Source: a virus
Lineage: Duplodnaviria > Caudoviricetes
Virus record (IMG/VR): IMGVR_UViG_3300007770_001239
Location: 1-64,000 of that record
Strand: one strand, 5' to 3'
DNA: 64,000 nt
Shown: positions 8,021 to 17,716 of the stretch, piece by piece
Layout of the letters: each line of letters begins with the position of its first letter
Position numbering within the stretch: position 1 is the stretch's first letter
The notes under the pieces: generated by a model
Told to the model about the DNA's origin: nothing
The model's input: only the letters and a program-made list of their open reading frames with translations
Database searches by the model: none
Translations under genes and position numbers: made by a program

Positions 8021-8788
8021 TATTAAGAAATTTCTAAGTGCTTGCGTTTTACACCCAATCGCATATTCATCAAAGCTCACCGCCGCGGCGTTGATTATGG
8101 ATAATACTTCTCCATCTTCATTCATAACTGGAGAGCCACTAGAGCCAGGTGCTGCGGGTATTGTGAAAATATAGAGCGAAGAAACTTGTCCTGTGAAATA
8201 ACCATCGAAGACGGGGACAGCGACTGGTACAGCTAGTCCAAGTGGTGATGCCATGTTGTACACTTTTTCGTGCAGTGAAGGCTCACCTTCATAAATAGGT
8301 AATGCTGGTCCGAGGTACGTATCAGATATTAGAAGGCAAAGATCATTGATCATGTCAATAGAAAGTATTGTACCAATTCCCGGTTTGCCGAATCCTGTTT
8401 CCAGTTCAATATGATATTGTACGTTTAGATTCTGAATCATAGGAACCATGTCACTGCCACCTGCACATACGTGTCCAGCTGTTACCACTAAAGATTTTCC
8501 ATCTCGTTCCCCAACCACAACACCAGAGCCGGTTCCAGATATTTTGTTTGTCGGGCTTGGAACCGGAATGCAATCTTCATCTGATTGATTACAAATTTGT
8601 TGAAACGTTATCAGGTCTTGTGTTACCATAACAAAAGATTCAATCGGAAAATAGCTGTCAGCCTTTTCGATTTGAGAAACTGGAATCCAGCGAATGTTAG
8701 AAGTGATTGAAGCAAAATTTAATACGCTTACAATTGTGAGCGCGCAAAGCATCATTGTTATTATTAATTTGTAAGGCTTCTTTATCAT
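8003..8788 (-). CDS. Membrane-anchored trypsin-like (S1) serine protease
   Basis: N-terminal TM; SGTGSGVVV, TAGHVC (His), DLCLL (Asp), PGSSGSP (Ser). Confidence 0.9.
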   Translation of the reverse strand: MIKKPYKLIITMMLCALTIVSVLNFASITSNIRWIPVSQIEKADSYFPIESFVMVTQDLITFQQICNQSDEDCIPVPSPTNKISGTGSGVVVGERDGKSLVVTAGHVCAGGSDMVPMIQNLNVQYHIELETGFGKPGIGTILSIDMINDLCLLISDTYLGPALPIYEGEPSLHEKVYNMASPLGLAVPVAVPVFDGYFTGQVSSLYIFTIPAAPGSSGSPVMNEDGEVLSIINAAAVSFDEYAIGCKTQALRNFLISNGVL

Positions 8789-8838
8789 TCGAATTGCATA
8801 TCCTATAAATTACTTATGACTTAGCGAGACTTTCTGAA

Positions 8839-9633
8839 ATGACTACTTCAAACGTGATCACTCTATTCGACATGGACGGTACACTGACTCCGCCTAGAAA
8901 GACAATAGACAATAATGTGATAAGGGCCCTTAGTCGGCTTTCAAAAATAACCAGAATTGGAATCATTACCGGTTCTGACTTTGAATATATTCTAGAACAA
9001 TGTAATGCTATGTTTGATGTGGGTGGCGTTTCAATGAGTGATATTGATCTACTGCCATGTAACGGAACCAAATTAGCGAAATGGGAAAAGTCAAAGTGGA
9101 CCATGGTTCATGAAGTAGATATGATCGAGAAGATAGGCAAAAATACTTACAAGAATATTCTTATGAAAATATTCGAGTGGCAAGCAGAAATAACTCGATT
9201 CTATCCAGACCTCCCCTTTAGCGGAACATTCTTTCAGTACAGGGGCTCTCTTTTAAATTGGTGTCCGATTGGCAGGACAGCAGATACACAGCAGAGAGAC
9301 GAATGGAAAAAATGGGATGAGGGCTATTGCATCCGCTCCAATTATATGGACGAGTTACAAAAGTATATCGCTAAGGAAAAACTTCCCATCACCGTCGCAC
9401 TGGGTGGCTCAACAAGTTTTGATATTTACCCAGCTGGATGGAACAAAACTTACGGTCTTCAGCACTACGATGGATGGGATGTGTTATTCGTGGGAGATAA
9501 ATGCCAGCCCGGTGGTAATGACTGGCACCTTTATTCTGCATTATCAGATGCAGATAGAGCGTGGGAAACCGATGGACCAGAAACTACAATCAGCATAATC
9601 AATAGAATCATAGAAAAGCTTTCTAGCGCTTGA
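8839..9633 (+). CDS. Phosphomannomutase, eukaryotic PMM/Sec53-type HAD
   Basis: LFDMDGTLTPPR, GSDF, RGSLLNWCPIGR, GGSTSFDIYPAGWNKTYGL, FVGDKCQPGGND. Confidence 0.9.
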   Translation: MTTSNVITLFDMDGTLTPPRKTIDNNVIRALSRLSKITRIGIITGSDFEYILEQCNAMFDVGGVSMSDIDLLPCNGTKLAKWEKSKWTMVHEVDMIEKIGKNTYKNILMKIFEWQAEITRFYPDLPFSGTFFQYRGSLLNWCPIGRTADTQQRDEWKKWDEGYCIRSNYMDELQKYIAKEKLPITVALGGSTSFDIYPAGWNKTYGLQHYDGWDVLFVGDKCQPGGNDWHLYSALSDADRAWETDGPETTISIINRIIEKLSSA

Positions 9634-9677
9634 AAATTTCCACTTATTTCTCTACAATAATGTAAAAGGAGTCTAGT

Positions 9678-11312
9678 GTGAGCTTTGAGTATAACCAACA
9701 ATTTCCACATAAATCTATTCGTGAACAACAATCGAAAGCTATCGACTTTGCATTGAACGCTTCCCTGAACGAAGGTAAGAGATTTATCATCATCGAAGCC
9801 GGTACAGGCGTTGGTAAGAGTGCAATCGGTCTGACAGTTGCACGATACCTTAGCAAAAATATATCGAATACAGCAGGATTATTTGAACCAGGGTCTTATT
9901 TTTTGACAACTCAGAAAATTTTGCAAGAACAATATGTCAAAGATTTTGGTGGATTTTCAGGACCAATGAAGTCTATTAAGTCAGCCACAAATTACACATG
10001 TAGTTTTAACAAAAAGACAACATGTGCCGAAAGTCTTAGGGCTTTACGCACAACGGAAAAGGGCAGCCGGTTTTGGAAAGCATGCACTTTCAACTGTGTA
10101 TACAGGACAGCTAAGGATGGTTTTCTAAAGTCTCCGGAAGGGGTCACCAACTTTCCTTACTTTCTTGCCGAAACACAATACGCTGGAAAGCTTACCCCAC
10201 GTCAAGTATTAGTAATCGATGAAGCCCATAATGTTGATAACGAACTTAGCAAATTTGTCGAAGTCACGATTTCAAATCGGTTTTGCAAAAGCTTTCTAAA
10301 TTTTGAAATTCCAAAAGGGCTTACTACTGCTAAGTACGTTACATGGATTAAGGAGACCTACGTCCCCACCATATCAGGTAAGCTTAAGCATCTCGAGCAA
10401 ATGCTAGAAAAATATGTCGGTCTGAAAGAGAAGATTAAGTCTGGTGAGTTCGCTTCTCTTGCAAAGAAATTTGAGATTATGGATAAACATGTTTGTAAGG
10501 TTCGTCGATTTTTAGGATTGTATAATTCAGAAAATTGGGTTATGAATGAAATTGCCGCTGATGGACGCTCAGGTAGGAAAATAGAATTTAAACCAATTGA
10601 TGTTGCGCCCTTCGCGGAGGAGCACCTGTATAATTTCGGAGAGATCGTAATCCTGATGTCTGCTACAATCTTAGATAAAGATGCTTTCACAGAAAGTGTG
10701 GGTATACCCAAAGATAAAGCAGCTTTCATTAGTCTGCCGAGTCCGTTTCCTGTAGAAAACCGGCCGGTTGTTTTTAGCGGTATGGGAAAGATGAGCTCGA
10801 AATCGATCGATGAAACGCTCCCGCGCATGGCTGATGCAGTAAAAGAAATTTTGAAACAACATAAAAATGAAAAAGGGATTATTCATTGCCATTCGTATAA
10901 GGTCGCAAATTATATCAAACGAAATGTTCGCAACTCTCGGCTACTGATTCATAATTCTGTTAATAGAGAAGCTGTATTAGAAAAGCACCTAAGAGGTAAA
11001 AAGCCCACTGTACTGATTTCTCCATCAATGACAGAGGGTGTTGATCTAAAGGGAGATTTAAGCCGGTTTCAAATTATCTGCAAGGTTCCCTATCCATATT
11101 TAGGAGATAAGCTTGTAAGAAAAAAGATGAATAAATGGAAGTGGTGGTATCCCCTTCAGACAGCAAAAACGATAGTTCAAGCGACCGGACGATCTGTCCG
11201 ATCTAAAGATGACACAGCAGTAACCTACATCTTAGATTCCGATTTTGAGATGTTTTATAACCGTAACCGTGAAATGTTTCCAGAAGGATTCAAAGAGAGT
11301 CTACACAAATGA
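9678..11312 (+). CDS. DinG/XPD-family SF2 helicase with Fe-S cluster
   Basis: IEAGTGVGKS, four Cys (NYTC..TC..CTFNC), DEAHN, MSAT, EGVDLKGDLSRFQIICKVPYP, QATGRSVR; AAGGAG RBS. Confidence 0.9.
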   Translation: MSFEYNQQFPHKSIREQQSKAIDFALNASLNEGKRFIIIEAGTGVGKSAIGLTVARYLSKNISNTAGLFEPGSYFLTTQKILQEQYVKDFGGFSGPMKSIKSATNYTCSFNKKTTCAESLRALRTTEKGSRFWKACTFNCVYRTAKDGFLKSPEGVTNFPYFLAETQYAGKLTPRQVLVIDEAHNVDNELSKFVEVTISNRFCKSFLNFEIPKGLTTAKYVTWIKETYVPTISGKLKHLEQMLEKYVGLKEKIKSGEFASLAKKFEIMDKHVCKVRRFLGLYNSENWVMNEIAADGRSGRKIEFKPIDVAPFAEEHLYNFGEIVILMSATILDKDAFTESVGIPKDKAAFISLPSPFPVENRPVVFSGMGKMSSKSIDETLPRMADAVKEILKQHKNEKGIIHCHSYKVANYIKRNVRNSRLLIHNSVNREAVLEKHLRGKKPTVLISPSMTEGVDLKGDLSRFQIICKVPYPYLGDKLVRKKMNKWKWWYPLQTAKTIVQATGRSVRSKDDTAVTYILDSDFEMFYNRNREMFPEGFKESLHK

Positions 11313-11815
11313 AAGTATACAATTCTGTTAAAGAATTTAGAGAGTATGTTGATAGAGACGGAGTCTGGGGTGGGGAGGGTATTAACGTCTACATGACATC
11401 CGGAGGATTTGATCCTCTCCATGTCGGTCACTTGAGGTGCATTCTTGAAACCGTAGATATGGCAGAGCAAGATGGCGGATATGTAGCTGTCATTGTTAAC
11501 GGTGACGGATTCCTGGAGCGAAAAAAGGGAAGAGCCTTTATGCCCGCTGCTGAGAGGGCAGAAATTATCGCAGGAATTCGAGGAGTAGATGCCGTGATTA
11601 TTTGGGATGATGGAGGTCAGACAGTCATTGGTGCAATAGCTGATCTTAAACCCGATTTCTTTACAAAGGGCGGTGACAGGGCTGCACCTGAAGATATTCC
11701 AGAATGGGATATATGCAATGAAGTCGAGTGTAAAGTGATATTCAATGTCGGTGGGGGTAAAGTACAGAGCTCTTCCTGGCTGCTAGAGGAGGTAGAAAAA
11801 AATGCGGACGATTGA
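11309..11815 (+). CDS. Cytidylyltransferase-family nucleotidyltransferase (TagD/RfaE-like)
   Basis: SGGFDPLHVGH, PDFFTKGGDR, KVQSSSW. Confidence 0.9.
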   Translation: MKVYNSVKEFREYVDRDGVWGGEGINVYMTSGGFDPLHVGHLRCILETVDMAEQDGGYVAVIVNGDGFLERKKGRAFMPAAERAEIIAGIRGVDAVIIWDDGGQTVIGAIADLKPDFFTKGGDRAAPEDIPEWDICNEVECKVIFNVGGGKVQSSSWLLEEVEKNADD

Positions 11816-12140
11816 AAAACCGTGGGGATTTGAGATAATATGGGCGGAAACAGAACACTACGTTGGAAAACTTCTTCATATTAACGCCGGCCATAAGTTG
11901 TCTAAGCAATACCACGAAGTCAAAGAAGAGACGATATATGTTCTGAATGGGACGTTATACAATTACGAAGCAGATGGGAGGATTACGAAGGTAGCACCCG
12001 GAAATGCGCTACATATTCATGTTGGACAGATCCATAGATTTGGAGCAAACGAATCTTCTGTAGAGTTAATCGAAGTGAGTACGAATTATTTAGATGATGT
12101 AGTCCGTTTGGAGGATGATTATGGGAGAAAAGAATCCTAA
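11802..12140 (+). CDS. Cupin, type II mannose-6-phosphate isomerase C-terminal-like
   Basis: KPWG, LSKQYHEVKEET, IHRFGA, ELIEVST..DDVVRLEDDYGR. Confidence 0.85.
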   Translation: MRTIEKPWGFEIIWAETEHYVGKLLHINAGHKLSKQYHEVKEETIYVLNGTLYNYEADGRITKVAPGNALHIHVGQIHRFGANESSVELIEVSTNYLDDVVRLEDDYGRKES

Positions 12141-12546
12141 GCAGGGAGCCGGCTTTATTATTTTTAGCGAAAATGATAGAACCAAAATGTTAGTTTTAGT
12201 CAGGAATGACGGCGTATATGACATTCCCAAAGGTGTAAAAAATAAGGGTGAATCCGATCTCTCTGCTGCTAAAAGAGAGTGCTTCGAGGAATGTTCAATA
12301 GTAATCGAGGGTAATGAATTATTACCTTGCGCACCTCTACGCTCTGGTGCCCTCGTTACGTTCAGCGCACAAACATCTAAAACGCCAGAAATCGTTCCGA
12401 ACGAAGAAACAGGGATATGGGAACACGTAGGTTACAAGTGGGTATCTGAAGAAGAGGCATTGACGAAATGTATATCTTATCTTAGACCCTTAATATCAAA
12501 TACATTCCGCCAAGTACAAATGTTATCAACGTTAGAGGCCGAATAA
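12115..12546 (+). CDS. NUDIX hydrolase
   Basis: PKGVKNKGESDLSAAKRECFEEC Nudix box. Confidence 0.9.
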   Translation: MIMGEKNPKQGAGFIIFSENDRTKMLVLVRNDGVYDIPKGVKNKGESDLSAAKRECFEECSIVIEGNELLPCAPLRSGALVTFSAQTSKTPEIVPNEETGIWEHVGYKWVSEEEALTKCISYLRPLISNTFRQVQMLSTLEAE

Positions 12547-12552
12547 TACTTA
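12546..12552 (+). promoter_or_regulatory. Candidate phage late-promoter motif ATACTTA
   Basis: 15 nt before yeaH ATG 12568. Confidence 0.45.
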
Positions 12553-12567
12553 AAGTAAGAGGGACCC

Positions 12568-13728
12568 ATGTCAATATTCAAAAGACATAAGACGATAGCA
12601 GATCGATCGGCTAATGATCGATCGAGGCATCGCAAGAAAATTGAGAAAGCTATCAAAGAGGGGATCCATAATATCGTTGCAGAAGAGTCCATTATCGGAA
12701 AAGGTGGAAAGAAGAAATTTCGAATTCCTGTTAGGGGGATTAAAGAATATCGCTTTGTATATGGAGACAATGGGTCTAAAAGAGTGGGGTCAGCCCAAGG
12801 AAAAGATGTCCAGCGTGGACAAGTTATTGGTGAGAAAGAGCGCCGGCGTGATCAAGCTGGTGGAAAGCCAGGACAAGAAAAGGGCGAAGAATTTTATGAA
12901 GTAGAACTAACTCTAGAGCAACTGTCTGAATACCTCTTCAAGGATTTAGAGCTTCCAAATTTTGAAAAGAAAAGAAATGCAAAAGTTGTTTCGAAAAAAA
13001 TAAAGAGAAAAGGCTACAGAACAAAGGGTATCCGACCAAGGCTTGATAAGAAAAAGACAGTCATGCAGAAGATCAAGCGAAGAAAGAAGGCCGAGTACTC
13101 GGGCACTAGAGGAGAAGATGAAGACTTTTCATTTCATGACAGAGATCTACGATATCGTCATTATAAGGTTTCAAAAAAGCTGTCCTCAAATGCTGCGATT
13201 TTCTTTTTGATGGATATCTCTGGATCAATGACAAAAGAAAAGAAGTTTCTTGCAAGGAGTTTTTTCTTTTTGCTTTATCACTTTATTCGCTCTAAATATG
13301 ACAAGGTGGAACTAGTATTTATATCACATGATGTAGAAGCGTATGAAGTGACAGAAGAACAATTCTTCGGACGTGGTTCATCAGGTGGAACTCTAGTTTC
13401 TTCTGCTGTTAAAATGACAGATGACATTATTGATATTCGATATCATCCGTCTAACTGGAATACATATGTTTTTCAATGTTCTGATGGTGACAACTGGCCA
13501 GGTGACAATGATGCTGTACGAGGTTTGCTTTCTACGCTAATGCCGAAAGTACAATTCTTTGGGTACTGTGAAATATCTCCTAACAGTGAACGTCTAAAGT
13601 GGATAAATGACACATCGCTTGGGAAGCTTTACGAGACAATGACGAGTGATAAATTTAAATCTGTAGGGATATATTCAAAAAATGATATCTGGGTGGCGTT
13701 TAATAATTTTTTTAAGGGAGAATATTAG
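12568..13728 (+). CDS. yeaH: YeaH/YhbH (DUF444) vWA-type protein
   Basis: DRSRHRKKI, IPVRGIKEYRFVYG, FLMDISGSM, SSGGTLVSSA, YVFQCSDGDNW, GYCEI. Confidence 0.95.
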   Translation: MSIFKRHKTIADRSANDRSRHRKKIEKAIKEGIHNIVAEESIIGKGGKKKFRIPVRGIKEYRFVYGDNGSKRVGSAQGKDVQRGQVIGEKERRRDQAGGKPGQEKGEEFYEVELTLEQLSEYLFKDLELPNFEKKRNAKVVSKKIKRKGYRTKGIRPRLDKKKTVMQKIKRRKKAEYSGTRGEDEDFSFHDRDLRYRHYKVSKKLSSNAAIFFLMDISGSMTKEKKFLARSFFFLLYHFIRSKYDKVELVFISHDVEAYEVTEEQFFGRGSSGGTLVSSAVKMTDDIIDIRYHPSNWNTYVFQCSDGDNWPGDNDAVRGLLSTLMPKVQFFGYCEISPNSERLKWINDTSLGKLYETMTSDKFKSVGIYSKNDIWVAFNNFFKGEY

Positions 13729-15033
13729 ATGTCTTTATTAAAAGAATTAGAGAAGTGGGACGAGACCTTAGAGAAGATGGCTCTTGATCATGGCTTGGAT
13801 TGGTTTCCTATCCTGTATGAGACATGTGATTATTATGAAATGATTGGTACAATGGCATATCATGGAATGCCCTCTCATTACGGACATTGGAGCTACGGCA
13901 AAAGCTTTGAACGGACGCATGCCATGTATAATGCCGGCCTAGAAGGCTTACCTTATGAATTGATCATCAATAGTGATCCATCTTTAGCTTATTTGATGGA
14001 AGAAAATCCACTCTATCTTCAAATCTTAATAATGGCTCACTGTATCGGACATTCAGACTTTTTCAAGAATAACGCAACGTTCAAAAAAACCAGGCCAGAC
14101 CAAGTTATCTTAAGAATGCGCAATGCAAAAAGATACATCGATCAGCTCGTAGAAGATCCAAGCGTTGGTGTAGAGCGAGTTGAAGAAGTTTTGGATGCGG
14201 TTCATGCGTTATCTTTGCACGTGCCCAGAAGGCACAAGAAATATGTTTCTCAAAAAGAGCAACGCAAAGAGCTTATTCAAGAAATTAAGGGTGGATTTTT
14301 CAAAGATGAAAAAACATCTCCGAACCCCGACAGATATCCCATAAGTAGAGAAGAAAATCTTATCGCATTTATTGCAGAAATGGCGCAAGGATTAGAAGAG
14401 TGGGAAAGAGAATTAATGTTGATTGCTTTGGATGATGCTCAATATTTCATGCCACAGATTAGAACGAAGATAATGAACGAAGGATGGGCGTCATACTGGC
14501 ACTACAGATTGATGCATGAATTAGAATTAGATTCAGGCATGCACTTGCCATTCCTAAAAATGCATAATGAAGTTGTTCGTCCCCACCTTGGTTCGATCAA
14601 TCCTTATCATTTAGGGTTTCATATGTTTCAGAAAATTGAAGAGAGGTTTGGACTTGAGGAATGCTTTATCGCAAGAGAGTCATTAAATGATGAATCATTT
14701 TTAAGACAATACCTCACCGAAAAGGATTGCGAAGAATTGAACCTATTTAGTTTCTCTTTACACAAGAATGAGTACATGATAGATGATGTGTCAGATACAC
14801 AAGGATGGAAAAACGTGAAAGAAGACCTAATCAAACAAGTTGGCGGGAATAATATACCCGTAATAACAGTGGCTGGTATTGAAGAAGGAAATATTTTGTG
14901 TCTACAGCATGAACACGATGGTAGGGATTTAGACTTAGATTACGGAGATGCAGTGGTCCGACATATTACTCGTTTGTGGGGTGATATTGTTAAATTGGAT
15001 ACGATAATCGAAGATGAACCCTTCGAGATTTAG
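13729..15033 (+). CDS. spoVR: SpoVR/YcgB family protein
   Basis: GMPSHYGHWSYGK, YELIINSDP, MAHCIGHSDFFKNN, KIMNEGWASYWH, NPYHLG. Confidence 0.95.
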   Translation: MSLLKELEKWDETLEKMALDHGLDWFPILYETCDYYEMIGTMAYHGMPSHYGHWSYGKSFERTHAMYNAGLEGLPYELIINSDPSLAYLMEENPLYLQILIMAHCIGHSDFFKNNATFKKTRPDQVILRMRNAKRYIDQLVEDPSVGVERVEEVLDAVHALSLHVPRRHKKYVSQKEQRKELIQEIKGGFFKDEKTSPNPDRYPISREENLIAFIAEMAQGLEEWERELMLIALDDAQYFMPQIRTKIMNEGWASYWHYRLMHELELDSGMHLPFLKMHNEVVRPHLGSINPYHLGFHMFQKIEERFGLEECFIARESLNDESFLRQYLTEKDCEELNLFSFSLHKNEYMIDDVSDTQGWKNVKEDLIKQVGGNNIPVITVAGIEEGNILCLQHEHDGRDLDLDYGDAVVRHITRLWGDIVKLDTIIEDEPFEI

Positions 15034-15047
15034 TTCGGGAGAAGCTT

Positions 15048-16976
15048 ATGTCAAAAAACAAATATCTAGATATTATTAAGGCTCAACGGGCTTCTAATAA
15101 GAAAGAAAAATTTAGAGGGACTTTTCTCGAGTACCTTTCTCTTATAGAGAAGGATCCCTCCATAACTGATCATGCACATAAAAGGCTTTATGATACAATC
15201 ACTGAGCACGGTGTGAGTAGGCTTGATGACACTGACCCTAGAAAACACAAGCTATTTGATGGAGAGAACATAAAGACTTATGAGTATTTTCAAAGTCAAT
15301 TTTATGGGATGGAAAAAGTAATAGCTAAAATAATGAGGTATCTTCGCTCGGCTGGACTTAAGGGTGAAGAGAGTCGTCAGGTATTACTTTTGATGGGCCC
15401 GGTTGGCGCTGGAAAATCTGCTCTCACAGAGCATATAAAGAGCTGTCTGGATGGCCATACATACTACCACTTAGAAAGTGATCCTCAGTGCGGTGAGCCG
15501 CTTCAATTAATTCCGCGGTCTTTGAGACCAAAGATGAAAGAGATGTTAGGCGTGCATATTGAAGGAGACATATCTCCCGTTGCAAGACACCTCTTGTTTG
15601 AAGAATACGGTGGGGAATATGAAAAGTTTATTGTAAAAGAAACTACATTTTCCCAGCGAGCAAGAAGGGGTGTTGCATCAGTACCACCAATGGATGCAAA
15701 TAGCCAAGACGTTTCTGTCCTTATCGGTTCAGAAGACATTTCCAAGTTAGACAAATATTCTGAAGATGATCCCAGAGCGCTTAGTCTTAATGGAGCATTC
15801 AACGTGGGTAATCGTGGGATTGTAGAGCTTGTGGAGGTCTTTAAGAATGAAATTGAGTTTCTCCACACAATCATCACCGCGACACAGGAGAAGAGAGTTC
15901 CGTCCCCCGGAAAGCATGATATGATCCATTTCGATGGTGTGATCTTAGCGCACTGTAATGAGGCGGAATGGAATCGGTTCCAGAGTGAGCACACTAACGA
16001 AGCTATTTTAGATAGGATTGTTAAGATCGATGTACCGTATGTTCTGGAACTAGAACAGGAAATTCGGATTTACGAAAAAATTCTTGGTCAAGCCAATTTT
16101 GATATTCATATCGCTCCCCATACTCTACGCGTTGCGTCGATGTTTTCGATTCTCAGTCGATTGCATGAAAGTCAAAAATGTGATCTCTTAACAAAGCTAA
16201 AAATCTATAATGGCGAAGAAGTTGTAGAAAAGGGTCGAGTCAAGAAAATAGACATTACTGACTTGAAAGACGAATCAGACAGAGAGGGAATGACTGGAAT
16301 TTCTACAAGATTCATAATGAAAGCAATTGATAACGCATTAAGTGATTCTGATCGTGATTTTATCACCCCTGTTTCCATGCTAGACTCCTTGATGAAGCAA
16401 GTGAAAGAACAACTGATAAACAAAGATTTCGCAGAGCGTTGTCTTGAATTGATTCGAAATACGGTCAGGAATGAATATCTTAGATTGCTTGAAAATGAAA
16501 TCGCAAAAGCATTTATTACTGCGTATGAAGAACAAGCACAATCCATTTTTGAAAACTATCTTGATAATGCCGAAGCCTTTACAACAAAGTGTAAACTAAA
16601 AGATCGAGTAACAAAAGAAGATATGCATCCTGATGAAGACTTTATGAGATCTATCGAAGGTGCTATTGGAGTGAGCTCATCGGGCAAAGAGGGGTTCCGA
16701 GCAGATGTGACTGCTTACATGTTCGCTAAAATGAGAAGGGGCGAAGTTGTTGATTATACATCTTATGAGCCGCTTAAGGAAGCGATCGAAACATACCTAA
16801 TCAGCTCAGTAAAAGATCTGGCTAGAATCGTTACAAAGTCTAAGACTAGAGATGATGAACAGAAGCATAAATACTCAAGCATGGTGCAAACCTTGATAGA
16901 CGAATATGGTTACACAGCTGAATCAGCAGAAGAAGTCTTGGTGTACGCTAGTAACAATCTCTGGAGAGATAGCTGA
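15048..16976 (+). CDS. prkA: PrkA/YeaG AAA+ serine protein kinase
   Basis: GEESRQVLLLMGPVGAGKS, GAFNVGNRGIVELVEVFK, HCNEAEW, EAILDRIVKIDVPY, GISTRF, VYASNNLWRDS. Confidence 0.95.
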   Translation: MSKNKYLDIIKAQRASNKKEKFRGTFLEYLSLIEKDPSITDHAHKRLYDTITEHGVSRLDDTDPRKHKLFDGENIKTYEYFQSQFYGMEKVIAKIMRYLRSAGLKGEESRQVLLLMGPVGAGKSALTEHIKSCLDGHTYYHLESDPQCGEPLQLIPRSLRPKMKEMLGVHIEGDISPVARHLLFEEYGGEYEKFIVKETTFSQRARRGVASVPPMDANSQDVSVLIGSEDISKLDKYSEDDPRALSLNGAFNVGNRGIVELVEVFKNEIEFLHTIITATQEKRVPSPGKHDMIHFDGVILAHCNEAEWNRFQSEHTNEAILDRIVKIDVPYVLELEQEIRIYEKILGQANFDIHIAPHTLRVASMFSILSRLHESQKCDLLTKLKIYNGEEVVEKGRVKKIDITDLKDESDREGMTGISTRFIMKAIDNALSDSDRDFITPVSMLDSLMKQVKEQLINKDFAERCLELIRNTVRNEYLRLLENEIAKAFITAYEEQAQSIFENYLDNAEAFTTKCKLKDRVTKEDMHPDEDFMRSIEGAIGVSSSGKEGFRADVTAYMFAKMRRGEVVDYTSYEPLKEAIETYLISSVKDLARIVTKSKTRDDEQKHKYSSMVQTLIDEYGYTAESAEEVLVYASNNLWRDS

Positions 16977-16977
16977 T

Positions 16978-17424
16978 GTGTTTAGATTGCCCCCAGATCA
17001 AAAATCTTATTTCTATAAAAACATTGAAATAAGAGAATCTTCTGTGCATGGCTTGGGTGTTTTTGCGACACAAGACATTCCAATACACACATGCTTTGAA
17101 ATTTCACCCGTTGTTATTTTTGACAGAAGCCTTATGCAGGACTGGCTAGATATGTACGATGAGCGGCATATTCTAAACGAGTACTTGTTCCAATCGTACG
17201 ACAAACAGCATGCAGTCGTGCTTGGTTTTGGAAGCATCTATAACCATTCAGCGTTCCCAAATGCATTTTACAGATGGCGAGAATGTGAAAAATTTCCAGC
17301 AATGGAATTTTGGTCTAAAAGAGCGATCGTAAAAAACGAAGAAATATTCGTGAAATATACACATTATTCTGATACATTACAATTCATGGATGAGAAAGAA
17401 TCCAAGTATCTTGGGCTTGAATAA
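16978..17424 (+). CDS. SET-domain lysine methyltransferase
   Basis: SSVHGLGVFATQDI, GFGSIYNHS..PNA, EEIFVKY; GTG start just after the prkA stop. Confidence 0.9.
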   Translation: MFRLPPDQKSYFYKNIEIRESSVHGLGVFATQDIPIHTCFEISPVVIFDRSLMQDWLDMYDERHILNEYLFQSYDKQHAVVLGFGSIYNHSAFPNAFYRWRECEKFPAMEFWSKRAIVKNEEIFVKYTHYSDTLQFMDEKESKYLGLE

Positions 17425-17435
17425 AGGGAGTTAAG

Positions 17436-17705
17436 ATGAACATACGTTTTGGTATGTCAGAGATGATGGTTGTTTTTGCAACTGCCCTATTGTGGCATAA
17501 CGTTGTCGGGGCTTGTTGCATTTTTGCGCTAGCAGTATTTTCGGCATTTTGTAGATGGGCAGTTGAATTTTCAGAAAAAACCAAAAAAGCAGAAGCGAAT
17601 CGTAAAGCAGTACAGACGCTAAATGAACAAGCAGGTGAATTGGGAGAAGCGCTTGGCGCACTTTTCTCTAGTGGTAATCAAAAGAAAAATACAAACTTGC
17701 ACTGA
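17436..17705 (+). CDS. Small membrane protein
   Basis: Hydrophobic N-terminal half, coiled C-terminus. Confidence 0.65.
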   Translation: MNIRFGMSEMMVVFATALLWHNVVGACCIFALAVFSAFCRWAVEFSEKTKKAEANRKAVQTLNEQAGELGEALGALFSSGNQKKNTNLH

Positions 17706-17716
17706 TCGGATGTCAT

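Noticed and set aside
9678-11312. DinG as part of a type IV CRISPR system
   Set aside because: No csf/cas genes and no repeat-spacer array in the window.
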